Shown here in pieces: positions 42,053 through 56,603 of a stretch of DNA of 64,000 nucleotides (position 1 is the stretch's first letter; every line of letters begins with the position of its first letter). Source of the DNA: Eledone cirrhosa. Taxonomy: Eukaryota. The notes under the pieces were generated by a model. It saw nothing but the letters and a program-made list of their open reading frames with translations. It searched no databases and was not told where the DNA came from. Both the position numbers and the translations under genes were made by a program. Location: assembly GCA_964016885.1 (NCBI GenBank), contig OZ024754.1, positions 35,030,001 to 35,094,000 on the forward strand. Reading direction: 5' to 3'.

Positions 42053-42966
42053 TTTTTAATCTTTTGCTGAAAATGTACAGTTAGTCATAAGCTGTCGTAA
42101 TGCATGCATTTCTCAGTATGTTTTTTTTTTTTGAAAAAGAGAGAGAGAGAGAGAGTGAGAGAGAAAGAGAGAGGTTTGTGCTGTCCCAAGCAGAACGGTA
42201 GGAATAATAGTGCAGATAAACATTTAATATAACCGTTTCTTTCTACATTATTTATAGAATTCCACTCCAGTCAGTTTGGGCAATTAATAATATAAATGGC
42301 TAACTATGAAAAGAGAGTTAGTGTTAAAAAAATACAGACCGTATTCTTGGATGGTTTTTTTTCTTATTCCTTCTCGTCTTTTACAGTTTATTTCCACATT
42401 TTTGGTTTTTCTCTATGGCCATTAACTTCCCTTTTTTTTTATTTTAGAATCTATTATTTCTCGTTTGTAAAAATTTTGACAAATCAGTCGGTAGGTTGGA
42501 TAAATACTGGCAGATTGAAAAAAAATGCTAACTAGCTAAAACATGTCCCTTGACATCGGAACAATTTTTGAACTCACCATTTTGTTAGTTAAAAAGGGAA
42601 TCTTGTGTTGACCAAAATGAAGACAAAAATACCAAAGTGAAAATTTTCAGAGAAGAATGTTCATTAGGCATTCAGTTTTTGTTTGATAGGGGTTTCACTT
42701 GTGTGTAATGAGATTGTGTTTTTTTTCTTAAGAATGTCTTTTCCTCCTCAGGAAAAGAAGAAAAAAAAACTACAATAAAATTTTTAAAAAATTACAAAAA
42801 CGGTTCAATATTTTTTCAAATACTTCTCTGTTTTTCATGAGATTAGCTAAGTATATATGTATGTATACCAAACTTTCATCATTGTTTCAAACCTTAGCAA
42901 ATGCAAAGTATATTTCTTTCCCTTATTTTGTATGTAGATAATATATATATATATATATATACATAT

Positions 42967-43011
<45 letters not shown>

Positions 43012-46000
43012 TGTGTGTATATATATATATATAAACGTTAAGCTCTCACACATTGATTAGACTGAGCGATAGATAATCTGAAGGATATAATAATAATATA
43101 TAGCAACTGGCTAACAAAACTATCACGGGCCATATGCTATATAATCATGTTTGTTTGTTGTTTACAGTGTTTTGTGGTAGTTTAAGAGTGTTTTTGTTTG
43201 TTTGTATATGAACAAGTAATCAAATTTCAACTTTTAGCTAAACATCAGTGAGCAATCAAGTGAACTTGAATGAGAGAGAGAAGAGAGAAGAGAGAGAGAG
43301 AGAGAGAGAAACGATAATCATTCATTCGGAACAAATGTAATCCATATAATATATATACATTATTTTCACCAGACATTATTGCATTAAAGCTGAAAAAGAT
43401 GAACAAGAAAGTTTTGGAGGAAAAAACCCCAATAAATGATTTTTTTAAAGAACAAAAAATGAGAAAAAATTTGTACGAAGATTATCAAAAAACAAACCAA
43501 CAAAAAACATGTTGTAACAATCAGTATTATGTTAATTTTGATTTATAGTAGGTACTTATTAGTAGTTATAATGTGTTGATACTAAATATTTAGTAGTTTG
43601 TGCCAGTCTGCCTGTTAGTAAAAGCCACAAGACAAAACTTCTAAAGTAATTTCCAAGTAATCTAAAGAAGTTTATTATCAATTTACACTTTATATTTTAA
43701 ATCAAGTTTCTCACACTATTTTAAAGAATCTTATACACAAACAAAGATTTTTTTTCTTTTACTAAACATTTTACAAAGGAATTTAAAATGTTTCTAATTA
43801 CTCTTTCTAACCAAATTAACCTGCTGGGATTTCTCTCACCTATAATTACCTGCAGCTGTTCCTTGCCTCCATCATCTGAAGCTGGTATTGGTCCATTAAA
43901 AAGATAGACACTAACTTCTTTGAAAGAGGAATTCAATAAAAAAAAAATGACATCCTTATATATTTCTTATATTATAACAGTAAATTAAATATACCACCTC
44001 ATATATTTTAGTTAACTTGTGACAAAATTTTGACAGCTTTTAGTATGTTTTTTTTCTTTTAATAATAACATGTTAAAACAAAAGCAAAGTTATTAGAGTA
44101 AAAGATTCTTTTTCTTTTCTTCGGCTCTTGGCATCAGAGTTCTTTCCAAAGGGAAAGTATGGAAAATATGTTATTCTTTTGTGTTAACTTCTTCAAAGGA
44201 AGTTTTAATTCAAAATACAACAAAAACACAAAAGGCCCCCTCCCCATCCCCCACAAAAATAAAGGTTTTCTTTAAAATAAAAAAAGAGATAAGAAGATCC
44301 TACTAAAATTCAATTGAATTTTGAAAGTGATAAATTAAATTGAGGTGTATTTAATTAACTAGTTATTATGAGGAGATTTTGTGGAGAAATCTAGAGCCAC
44401 CATTTTTGTCTTCTTGGCTTTTACTTCATAGCAGTTGGCAGTGTCAAATAGAAGGAGAAGAATGTTATTGGATTGTAAGCCATATAATAGTATTTATATA
44501 AGACAAAGTTAAAATGAATATTTATAGATTTTTGCTTGTTTGTTTTTGTTAAATTATGTTTGGGGAGGTGTTCAAGAAATAAATATCATTAGTTTACCAA
44601 AGTATCAGAGTTCTATCAGCTTAAGATTTTCTTTTTTCTTCTAAACTCCAATGTCTTGGATGGCAAGAACATAGATTTAACCAGCTGACCATTCTGTTTA
44701 TATGTGCGTTCAGTAGCTTCTTAATTAAAATTGTCAAGATTAAAATACATCAGCTGCTTCAGTGGTGGTTTAAAAAAAAAGTAAATAAAAAAAAGAAAAC
44801 AAACATTGGATTCTTCTTCTTATTTCTACTGTTGTCATATCTGATTTAGATTAAATGGCACCAAGATTTTGTATGTCAGAGTAAATATAGGTATGGGGCG
44901 GGGAAATAGATTAAAAGAAAAGAAAATAACAAAAAATAATTAGAAGAAAACTATAGTATATTATGACAATAACATTTTAGTGAGCCAGCAATAAAGATAC
45001 CCTTTCTATATTTACTGTTTATGATATTACATAATATAATTTGAATACTTTATATTTTATTTGAAGAAAAAGATAGATTATTTGGAAAGAAATCAATATT
45101 GTATTTAAAAAATAAATTAGAAATACAATATGTATAATATTTTAAAAGAATATAAGACTATTTTTTAAAATATATAGGCGCTTAGGTAATAAATTATTCT
45201 GGAACAACTAGAGTTTTAGGATCACATGATCAATCATATATAACATATCTATTAAATAAGAATGTCATTTTAACACTTTTTTTTCAAGCAACATTGATTT
45301 GGATTAAACTGAGCATATGGTATAACTGGGGAAACATTAGTATAAGCTAGAGATTTCTAAGTGAAGATTTTGTTTGACATCATTATATACTTGTAGATCA
45401 TAAGTAGGGTGTTTGTTTTCCAACTAGTTTATATCAAATTTACTATAGTCAGATAACTGCTTGTTTTATGGGTTTATGTAATAGACACACCAAACATGCA
45501 CTGAATGAAGGATTCATATACTGTTTATAGAGTCAATATAATATATGTTAATAATAGTGACTTTACTTCAAAGTTTTGCCAAAGCTACCAACATTTCAAA
45601 ACTGTCTGTTCCGAAAAGACTATAGCTTAGGTGAAATGTTGTAGTTTATTTATAACAAATATCTTATACTTAAATATTTAATAACACTCTATAGCTAAAT
45701 CTAAAATAAATAATTAACGAAGACTCCTTTATATCTTTATTTTTCTACTTTAAAAATTAGCTGATGTCTTTTAAATATTATTCTGAGTCACGTATTTGCA
45801 GTCCTTTGTGCAAAAACATTTTGCAAAAGTTACATTAGGACACTTTTAGACTGATGAGTGGAAAATATCATTAATATCTAAATATATCTATTTTTCTACT
45901 TTCTAGACAAAATACTTGAAAGTATCACCAACGATATTTAAGTTAATGACAATGCATATGGTATACATATATACGTATGGTCACATATATATATACATAT

Positions 46001-46219
46001 ATATATTACATACATACATATATAGATGAATAAAGTGGGTATGAGACCTGTTTATTACCAAATGGTAAAAAGCTCAATGTATTAATCCCGCATGGAAGAC
46101 CACAGAGCATCATCATTTTAAAATTAATTGACACCCAAAGACGGTACTTCACATCATTTTATTAATATAATTAATAAAATAATTTGAACTACTTTCTTTG
46201 ATTGCCAATAGATTTAAAG

Positions 46220-46281
<62 letters not shown>

Positions 46282-46407
46282 CACACATAAATATAAGACC
46301 ATCAAATGCCTAAAATTGAACCTAAACAAATCTATTCCAAACTAATGCTATCCATGAACTTAAGTCAAGCAAATGAAATAGCAGTTGATCCCACTGCATA
46401 TTTGCAT

Positions 46408-46451
<44 letters not shown>

Positions 46452-46572
46452 GAGGTGAGTTTTATTGTAGTACAATAAAGCAATGCAGATATCGGATAAG
46501 AAGCACTCTACAGTTTGTGGGACTGGAGTATGCATAATATAAGATCAAAAGATGGTTAAAGGAGTTCAATAT

Positions 46573-46641
46573 ATTTTATTATGCGCATTTCAAAAACAAA
46601 CATCATCAAACAATAATATTTGTGTTTTCATCAGATAAAAC
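46573..46641 (-). ncRNA. Type I hammerhead ribozyme fold (left-arm copy)
   Basis: Exact reverse complement of 46765-46833. Confidence 0.75.
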
Positions 46642-46764
46642 AGGAGAACATGATATGAAGGCTAAAAAAACACTTGTTGATAGTGCAGTTTTAAATCAAC
46701 ATATGTTGATTTAAAACTGCACTATCAACAAGTGTTTTTTTAGCCTTCATATCATGTTTCTCCT

Positions 46765-46833
46765 GTTTTATCTGATGAAAACACAAATATTATTGTTTGA
46801 TGATGTTTGTTTTTGAAATGCGCATAATAAAAT
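46765..46833 (+). ncRNA. Type I hammerhead ribozyme fold (right-arm copy)
   Basis: Stem I GTTTTAT/ATAAAAT; CTGATGA at 46772; long stem II CAAATATTATT/GATGATGTTTG with G-U pairs; GAAA at 46815; palindromic stem III ATGCGCAT; predicted cleavage AUA ending at 46826. Confidence 0.75.
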
Positions 46834-46864
46834 ATATTGAACTCCTTTAACCATCTTTTGATCT

Positions 46865-46921
<57 letters not shown>

Positions 46922-47172
46922 AATATATATATGTAAATATATATATATATATATGTAAATATATATGCAAAAGTTTTATTTAAAATTGTTGGGTTACAAC
47001 GAGTAAATATTTTATAACTGCATATATATATATATATATATATTTATAGTAAGTGTTGGTAAAATCCAGTACTTCAGTATGCGGATAGGGAGCACTCAAT
47101 GAAGATATAAGTTCCGGAGTTATAATAGTGACAAAACATAAGTCAACTGCATGAACTCATAATCCTTTATTT

Positions 47173-47228
47173 ACTGCTATATATATTTCGATGATAGCCA
47201 TTGAATGGCTATGACCTCATCAGGCAGT
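47173..47228 (-). ncRNA. Type I hammerhead ribozyme fold
   Basis: ACTGC-CTGATGA-GGTCATAGCCATTCAATGGCTATCATC-GAAA-TATATA-TA-GCAGT. Stem I ACTGC/GCAGT, G-C-closed stem II, palindromic stem III, AUA site. Confidence 0.82.
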
Positions 47229-47354
47229 TAGTCAGTTCTTAGATATGCCGGCTCTGTGTTTATAGTGTTGATGGTATCAGAGCCATGGTATGTCCCAAGG
47301 CTCTGATACCATCAACACTATAAACACAGAGCTGGCATATCTAAGAACTGACTA

Positions 47355-47410
47355 ACTGCCTGATGAGGTCATAGCCATTCAATGGCTATCCTAGAAATAT
47401 ATATAGCAGT
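47355..47410 (+). ncRNA. Mirror hammerhead copy with a damaged stem II base
   Basis: Same sequence, but ...CTATCCTAGAAA replaces ...CTATCATCGAAA. Confidence 0.6.
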
Positions 47411-47476
47411 AAATAAAGGATTATGAGTTCATGCAATTGACTTATGTTTCGTCACTATATATATTTATATTTACAT

Positions 47477-47527
<51 letters not shown>

Positions 47528-48172
47528 TATGTATATATGAATATATATATATACATATATATTCCATACTAATCCAATTATATATGAATATATCTATATA
47601 TATACATATATATTCCATACTAATCCAATTATATAAAGCATGTTTCTTAAAGCTGCTTAATATAAAAAAACTGCAAAAATTATTTAAGGGAGAAAAAAAA
47701 GAAAAACCAAAAGAATCAGGTGCCATGTTATCAGATATATCTTAGATAGGCAAGAATACGCATATCATCTTAAGCAATTATTTTGTTTCCTTGTTTTAAT
47801 ATATTTATAATAAACACTATTAACCTAGGTAGTTTAGAATGATACATGTTAAGGGAAGTTATTTTATTCAATTGTTTATCTAAATGATAATACTGTTTAG
47901 GAATTCATCTGATATATTATTATTATTCTTATTCTTATTATTCTTAATATTGTTATTATTATTGCTATTATCCTTCTTATTGTTATTTAACACAATACAT
48001 ACACTCACGCACACTGACACATATGCATATATTTATGTACAACACTCTCACACAGACTTACACATATATATATATTTATAAAACATTCTATTATATATAT
48101 ATATTATATGTCAGACTTATGCAAAAGGATTAGTAATATTCAGTCACAATATAACAAGCCATGTGTGTGTGT

Positions 48173-48222
<50 letters not shown>

Positions 48223-48223
48223 G

Positions 48224-48261
<38 letters not shown>

Positions 48262-48404
48262 CATATATATATACTTACACATACACATACATATACATAC
48301 AAGTATATATGTATATATACATACATAAATATACTTATATACATATATATATACACACACACACATATGCATCTATCTATCTATATATATATATATATAT
48401 ATAA

Positions 48405-48451
<47 letters not shown>

Positions 48452-48626
48452 GATGTGTGTATATATATAGATAATGATCTATTTATAAATGTGGTGTTTA
48501 TGTAAATGTATGAATGTTTGTGTGTGTACACATATGCATCTATATGCCATATGTATGTGAAAAGGTGTTTATATTTCTTACATTACTTTATTGCATGATT
48601 TTAAGCTATTTATACACATACATACA

Positions 48627-48645
48627 TGGTCCTTTTATTTATTAT

Positions 48646-48693
<48 letters not shown>

Positions 48694-48712
48694 ATAATAA
48701 ATAAAAGGACCA
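48627..48712. repeat. Perfect 22-bp inverted repeat around a (TA)n tract (tail-to-tail element ends)
   Basis: TGGTCCTTTTATTTATTATTAC-(TA)n-GTAATAATAAATAAAAGGACCA. Confidence 0.85.
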
Positions 48713-48780
48713 AAATCCGAAGAGGGCTCGATAAGGATTGTATATATATATAAATATATATAAATCCATAGAGCAAATAT

Positions 48781-48917
48781 TTATTATTAGTACACATTAA
48801 AGTTTAAGCAAAGAATTTCTGCTTTCACCTTATACAGGATCTTCTGAGTTTCAGAAGATCCTGTATAGGGTGAAAGCAGAAATTCTTTGCTTAAACTTTA
48901 ATCTGTTCTAATAATAA
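48781..48917. repeat. Inverted repeat with 67-bp arms and a 3-nt loop (39285 family)
   Basis: 48781-48847 is the reverse complement of 48851-48917 with about 3 mismatches. Confidence 0.9.
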
Positions 48918-48931
48918 TAATGATAATAATA

Positions 48932-49005
<74 letters not shown>

Positions 49006-49198
49006 ATATATGCACATACATACACATATACATATGTATCTACACACACACACACTCATACACCCATTGAACTGATCAGAAAATGATATTGTCATGTATA
49101 GTTTTATATATTCAGATGACCTGATATATTATGCATTGTTGCCATAAGACACAGAGTGAATTCTAAAGTTTTATTACTTCAAATAAAATAATATATTA

Positions 49199-49200
49199 CC

Positions 49201-49244
<44 letters not shown>

Positions 49245-49256
49245 GTGGTGGTGGTG

Positions 49257-49295
<39 letters not shown>

Positions 49296-49318
49296 ATAGT
49301 AGTAGTAGTTGTAGTAGT
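49199..49318. repeat. (AGT)n microsatellite
   Basis: Direct reading. Confidence 0.9.
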
Positions 49319-49434
49319 TTTAAAAGCAACTATATTTATTTATCAGATATTAAGTATAGTGCAAACCAGAGTTTAGCAAAGAGAGCATATTCAGTCCTTA
49401 GTGATTCTATCAGTAGTCCTAGATAATACTATTT

Positions 49435-49465
<31 letters not shown>

Positions 49466-51659
49466 TGCAAAGATATAACTAACAACCACAGCTAGCAGTC
49501 CTGCAAGTTTTGTTAGCTCATGAAACCATTGGTTGGCAATGTAATATCATGTGTATGAATCATAATAAATAAATTTATTTGTATATATAGAACTCTCTTT
49601 CTTCTTGTTGACATTTTCACTCCATAATATATGTATATAGCCTTAGTTATCTGAGCCAAACTATAACTCTTATTTAACTAGAAATAAATGATAATAAAAT
49701 TTATATGCATCAAATTGAGACAGGATAATATAAAATAATGCAACAATAGTCAGGCATATTACCGATAAGGTCGACTAGGATGAAACCTAGGGTCCCACAA
49801 GGACTAGAGGGCTATCAATAAAATGTGGTGAGAGTATAAAGTGCCAGAAAACCTAGTGGTTTAGCCATGTGGTAATATGACCCAGGCAACAACCCCACTT
49901 GTTAGAATTCAACCACATTTCTACTGTTTATAATCTCCCTACAGAGTACCCTGTCAGCCTGTCTCCTCAAATTAGATACTACATTTTATCATTTCTATAA
50001 AATAATTTGTCAGTTATTCAGTGCTAGCAAGATAGATATATATATAGTTTTATTTCATAGACTTATATAAACATACAGAAAAAAAGAGAAGCATTCAAAA
50101 GGACTATAAATGCCAGTAAATTAATCTTAGAAATTAAATTTCCAAACTAGAAATAATGTTAATTGTAAGTGAATGTTAGTATAACTAGACACATTTTTAT
50201 ATTTTAACTCTCAGCAGCTGTATGTTTGATAACTTCATAGTTTTTAATTAACCTAACCTAAACAATTATTTTCTTCATGCTAAGCTGTAATATAATAAGT
50301 CTATTTGAATAAATTTAGGGGTCAACAGGGTGTGTGTGTTGTGTAGTGTATATGAAGGTGTGCTTTTCTTAAACTTTAATTTATGAGACATTTAACTGAT
50401 TGAAGTTAAGCAGCAAAAAATCCTTAAAGATAGAGAGACAGAAAGGGAGAGCGAGAGAGAAAAGGAGAGTTATTAAATGACATACACTGGCTTTTTGTTG
50501 GGCAGTATGGGAGGGAGGGAGGGAAGGGGGGGGGGGGGGTTACTTGGTTATTTGTTTATTTATTTGTTGTTGTTGGTTTTCCCCTTTTATTAATTTTTTT
50601 TACAAAGATTTGAAATATGGAAAAATGTGTTTCAGATTAAATATCAACAACCATTGATGACAATTGAAAATTAAGATACACTCATTATTTAAAATGAAAA
50701 GTAAAAAAAAAAAGAGGTAGAGAGAGGGAGGGAGGGAGGGAGGGAGGGAGGGAGGGAGGGAGAGATAGGGAAAGAGAGAAAATAAAGCTCAATCTATTAA
50801 AATAAATTAATAGCTATTTATTTTCAAGAGTATTGTTTCATTTAACTCTTAATGTCGTGTACCACATGAAACCACATTAGCAAGACATTCTTGGAAAGTA
50901 TAAAACAACACTATGACTATATCACATTAAAAATTAAAGTATTTAATCTAATACTCTAAATTTTAACAACGATCTGTCCAGCAGTAAAAATACTATAAAC
51001 ATTTGAATTAACAAACCCATTTTCTGTTAAATCATTGCAGGATTTTAAGAGTTAAACTTGCTGCTCCACTAAAATATTCTATCTAAGAGGTGGATCAAGA
51101 TTGATGATATATCAGTTGTACGTTTTTCTTTTTAAAACATTGATTTTTTTTTGCAAAGGAAAGGTTATTTGTTTGTACCAATGACAATAGGTAATATGTT
51201 AAAATTACATATTGTATGAAAAATGAAAGAAGGAGGATTCCAAAAAACGAAATGTTTATTTCTGAATTACCTGAGTAGATAGTAGTAGTAGTAGTAGTAG
51301 TAGTAGGGTAGTGGTGGTGGTGGTGGTGTTTGCAGGCATTGTGATGGAGGAAGATTAAGAGAAGTTTAAAATAAAGAAATACTATCGTTATTTTCCGTAC
51401 AGCAAGTTCGGTGAGCTGTGCTCCTTTTGAATTTCAAGAACCGAATAAGTAGAGAGAAAACATTTATATTTGTCAAAGCTAGCTGTTTAAAAAGTAGTAT
51501 TCAGTAGTAGTCAGTAATTCTTACAAATGTCTCCTGGACTATCAGGATATTCAAATGAGTAATCAAACCAATTGCTGCAAAATATGTTGCGAATGCGTGC
51601 GCATGTGTGTGTTGATGGTGGAAATCTTTCAAATACATATTATTAGAAATAAAAACCAA

Positions 51660-52545
<886 letters not shown>

Positions 52546-52610
52546 CATAACATACTATTGCTCCCGCTGTTGCTTCAATGATTATAATGATGTTTTGGAT
52601 AGTTCAGAAA

Positions 52611-53461
52611 TATAGTATAGACAGTATATACTATATAGTATATACTATATATTATAGTATATATACTATATAATATATACTATATAATATATACTATATA
52701 TTATAGTATAGACAGTATATACTATATAGTATATACTATATATTATAGTATAGACAGTATAAACTATATAGTATATACTATATATTATAGAATAGACAGT
52801 ATTTACTATATATTATAGTATAGACAGTATATACTATATAGTATAGTATAGTATAGACAGTATATACTATATATTATAGAATAGACAGTATATACTATAT
52901 GGTATACTATATGGTATAGACAGCATATACTATATAGTATAGTATAGACAGTGTATACTATATATTATAGTATAGACATTATATACTATATATTATAGTA
53001 TAGACAGTGTATACTATATAGTATAGTATAGAAAGTATATACTATATATTATAGAATAGACATTATATACTATATATTATAGAATAGACAGCATATACTA
53101 TATAGTATAGTATAGACAGTGTATACTATATAGTATAGTATAGACAGTATATACTATATATTATAGTATAGACATTATATACTATATATGATAGTATAGA
53201 CAGTATATACTATATATTATAGAATAGACAGTATATACTATATGGTATAGTATAGACAGCATATACTATATAGTATAGTATAGACAGTGTATACTATATA
53301 GTATAGTATAGACAGTATATACTATATAGTATAGTATAGGCAGTATATACTATATATTATAGTATAGACAGTATATACTATATATTATAGAATAGACAGC
53401 ATATACTATATATTATAGAATATACAGTATATACTATATATTATAGTATAGAGAGTATATA
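52611..53461. repeat. Quasi-palindromic minisatellite of ~25-28-bp units (TAGTATAGACAGTATATACTATATATTA)
   Basis: Tandem units, each containing the self-complementary AGTATATACT. Confidence 0.9.
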
Positions 53462-53569
53462 ATGTACAAGCATGTGTTTTTAGCAGACATTTAAACCTTA
53501 CTGCAAAAATGTTAATTTATACTTATATATGTCTATATATATATATATCTGTGTATTTATACTTATATA

Positions 53570-53618
<49 letters not shown>

Positions 53619-53637
53619 GTGTATATATACTTATATA

Positions 53638-53724
<87 letters not shown>

Positions 53725-54284
53725 GTGTATATATACTTATATATGTCTATATATATATATATATCTGTGTATATATACTTATATCAGTGTATAAATACTT
53801 ACATTTATAATTCTAGTAATAAAATTCTAATGTTTCTAATAAAAAGCATAAAACAATGATAAGAAATGTTATTATCTAAGACATCTGTTCATTGCAGATG
53901 GACAATTCCAGATCTATTCCTTCCTTTTCACCAAATGTCTTCCTAACATATTACCTATTTTCTTCTCAGAGATACATGGTAATGTTTTTTTTGTGTTTTT
54001 TTAAACCACCAGTATGAGCAGTGATAGATATTACTAAATAGATAGGGGTATATTGATTAAGACAGATAAATAGGCAGACATAGATAGATAGATTGAGATA
54101 GAGAGAGATAGAGAGAGAGAGAGAGGGAAAGAAAGAGAGGGGGGGGGAGATAGAGAGATAGGATAGTGTGTCAGTTATGATTGTTATTTTAACAATTTAA
54201 TTTGAATACTTGTTCAGGTGGTAGGTGTATGTATGCTTGTAGAATACACACAGTGTACCTGGGATATCCATGTGTGCATGTGTT

Positions 54285-54324
<40 letters not shown>

Positions 54325-54612
54325 TAATTTCAAGCAAAGATAAAAAACAACAACAACTAAAATGAAAACAAAACAAATTTCTCATAAACACAACAACTGC
54401 CATTACATAACCTTTTTTCAAACATATATGAAGGTTATTCATATTGGTCAGCTATAACAATAACAAAATCAACATTTAAAAAAACAACAACAGTAATTAG
54501 ACACACACACACACACACGCACACACACCCATGCACACACACACATCACTGTACCAATGGTTTTTAAATCATTTAAGAGAGAGCAGGCAGTTATCAGGTT
54601 GATGAACAATAA

Positions 54613-54674
<62 letters not shown>

Positions 54675-54712
54675 TATATATATATATAGATATATATACA
54701 CATTCATATATG

Positions 54713-54778
<66 letters not shown>

Positions 54779-54855
54779 TATACATATATATATATATACA
54801 CATATATATATACACATATATATATATACACATATATATATACACATATATATAA

Positions 54856-54888
<33 letters not shown>

Positions 54889-54937
54889 CATATATATACA
54901 TATATATATATACATACATATATATACATATATATAT

Positions 54938-54990
<53 letters not shown>

Positions 54991-55020
54991 CATATATATA
55001 CATATATATATATACATACA

Positions 55021-55052
<32 letters not shown>

Positions 55053-55065
55053 CACATATACACAC

Positions 55066-55115
<50 letters not shown>

Positions 55116-55129
55116 TGATAGATTTAACG

Positions 55130-55161
<32 letters not shown>

Positions 55162-55671
55162 ATATATATAAAGAGAGCGAGAGAGAGATGAGAGAGAGAG
55201 AAATGGGAGAGAGAGAGATAGAGAGATAGATGAGAGAGAGAGATGAGAGAGAGAGATAGATGAGAGAGAGAGATGGGAGAGAGAGAGAGATGGGAGAGAG
55301 AGAAAGGGAAAACATATGTCAGGTATTAAAATTGATTGCAAGGGTTAACATTAACGTGGAAAAATAGGTAACAATTTCCTAGAGTGGACTTTTACCTCAA
55401 GTACCGTGTAATATCCCCCTCCATCTCCACCTCATCCAACTCCTTATTATTGTGGTCACATGGTTTGTGTACATTGCTGATACCTCTATCATCATCATTA
55501 CTATTACTATTATTATTATTATTATTATTAAAGGAGACACGTATACAATGACTTACACAGTAAATCTTTTTAGTGTATAGTTTGAATAATCTTTAATAGA
55601 TAATTATATCTAAGTATGTATGAATTTCATTTGATATCATCAAATATCTAATGAGAAACTCTTGGTCACTT

Positions 55672-56115
55672 GGATATACACACATAGGAACATATATACA
55701 TACATACTGGCATATCATGGGTGTGGGCACATAGATATACATACATAGGAACATATATACATACATACTGGCATATCATGGGTGTGGGCACATAATTATA
55801 CATACATAGGAACATATATACATACTGGCATATCATGGGTGTGGGCATATATATATATACACACATAGGAACATATATACATACTGGCATATCATGGGTG
55901 TGGGCATATATATATATACACACATAGGAACATATATACATACTGGCATATCATGGGTGTGGGCATATATATATATACACACATAGGAACATATATACAT
56001 ACATACTGGCATATCCTGGGTGTGGGTACATAATTATACACACATAGGAACATATATACATACATACATACTGGCATATCCTGGGTATGGGCACATAGAT
56101 ATACATACATAGGCA
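55672..56115. repeat. Minisatellite, about 8 copies of a 51-59-bp unit (CATAGGAACATATATACATACTGGCATATCATGGGTGTGGGCA...)
   Basis: Tandem copies that decay rightwards. Confidence 0.92.
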
Positions 56116-56232
56116 CATATACACACATACATACATATAGGCACAAGGGTATGAGCACATGGATATACACACACAGGTATATATATGCACACGCATATAC
56201 TTACAAGCACATGGGTACATACACACATATAT

Positions 56233-56326
<94 letters not shown>

Positions 56327-56484
56327 ATATGATGTATTCCATAATTATAACTGATCAATATAAATAACAGTTAAGACATACACATACATACAAACATACA
56401 CATATATACATACATAATGCATATATACATTTATATGCATACATACATATTCATATATCCATATATATGCATACATACATACAT

Positions 56485-56563
<79 letters not shown>

Positions 56564-56570
56564 TACATAA

Positions 56571-56602
<32 letters not shown>

Positions 56603-56603
<1 letters not shown>

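Larger units (their letters stand above)
46447..46872 (-). mobile_element. PLE-type terminus with a ~340-bp loopless palindrome (arms 46534-46702 / 46703-46872)
   Basis: Arms are reverse complements apart from a 1-nt indel. Unpaired ~87-nt tail with TAGAGTGCT on the minus strand. (TA)n on both sides. Confidence 0.85.
47043..47458 (-). mobile_element. PLE-type terminus with ~164-bp-arm inverted repeat (47125-47288 / 47295-47458)
   Basis: Arms are reverse complements with a few mismatches around a 6-nt loop. Unpaired ~80-nt tail with TTGAGTGCT on the minus strand (47091-47099). (TA)n flanks. Confidence 0.85.

Noticed and set aside
43030-43140. TA-adjacent island with CTGAAGGA
   Set aside because: No stem II, GAAA or stem I could be built. 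It may be a repeat terminus but is unsupported.
48851-48885. CAGAAGA...GAAAGC as a hammerhead in the right arm
   Set aside because: U4 and the NUH site are missing, and it is antisense to the family's tail orientation.
50724-50762. (GGGA)n G-quadruplex-capable tract
   Set aside because: Common simple repeat with no functional context.
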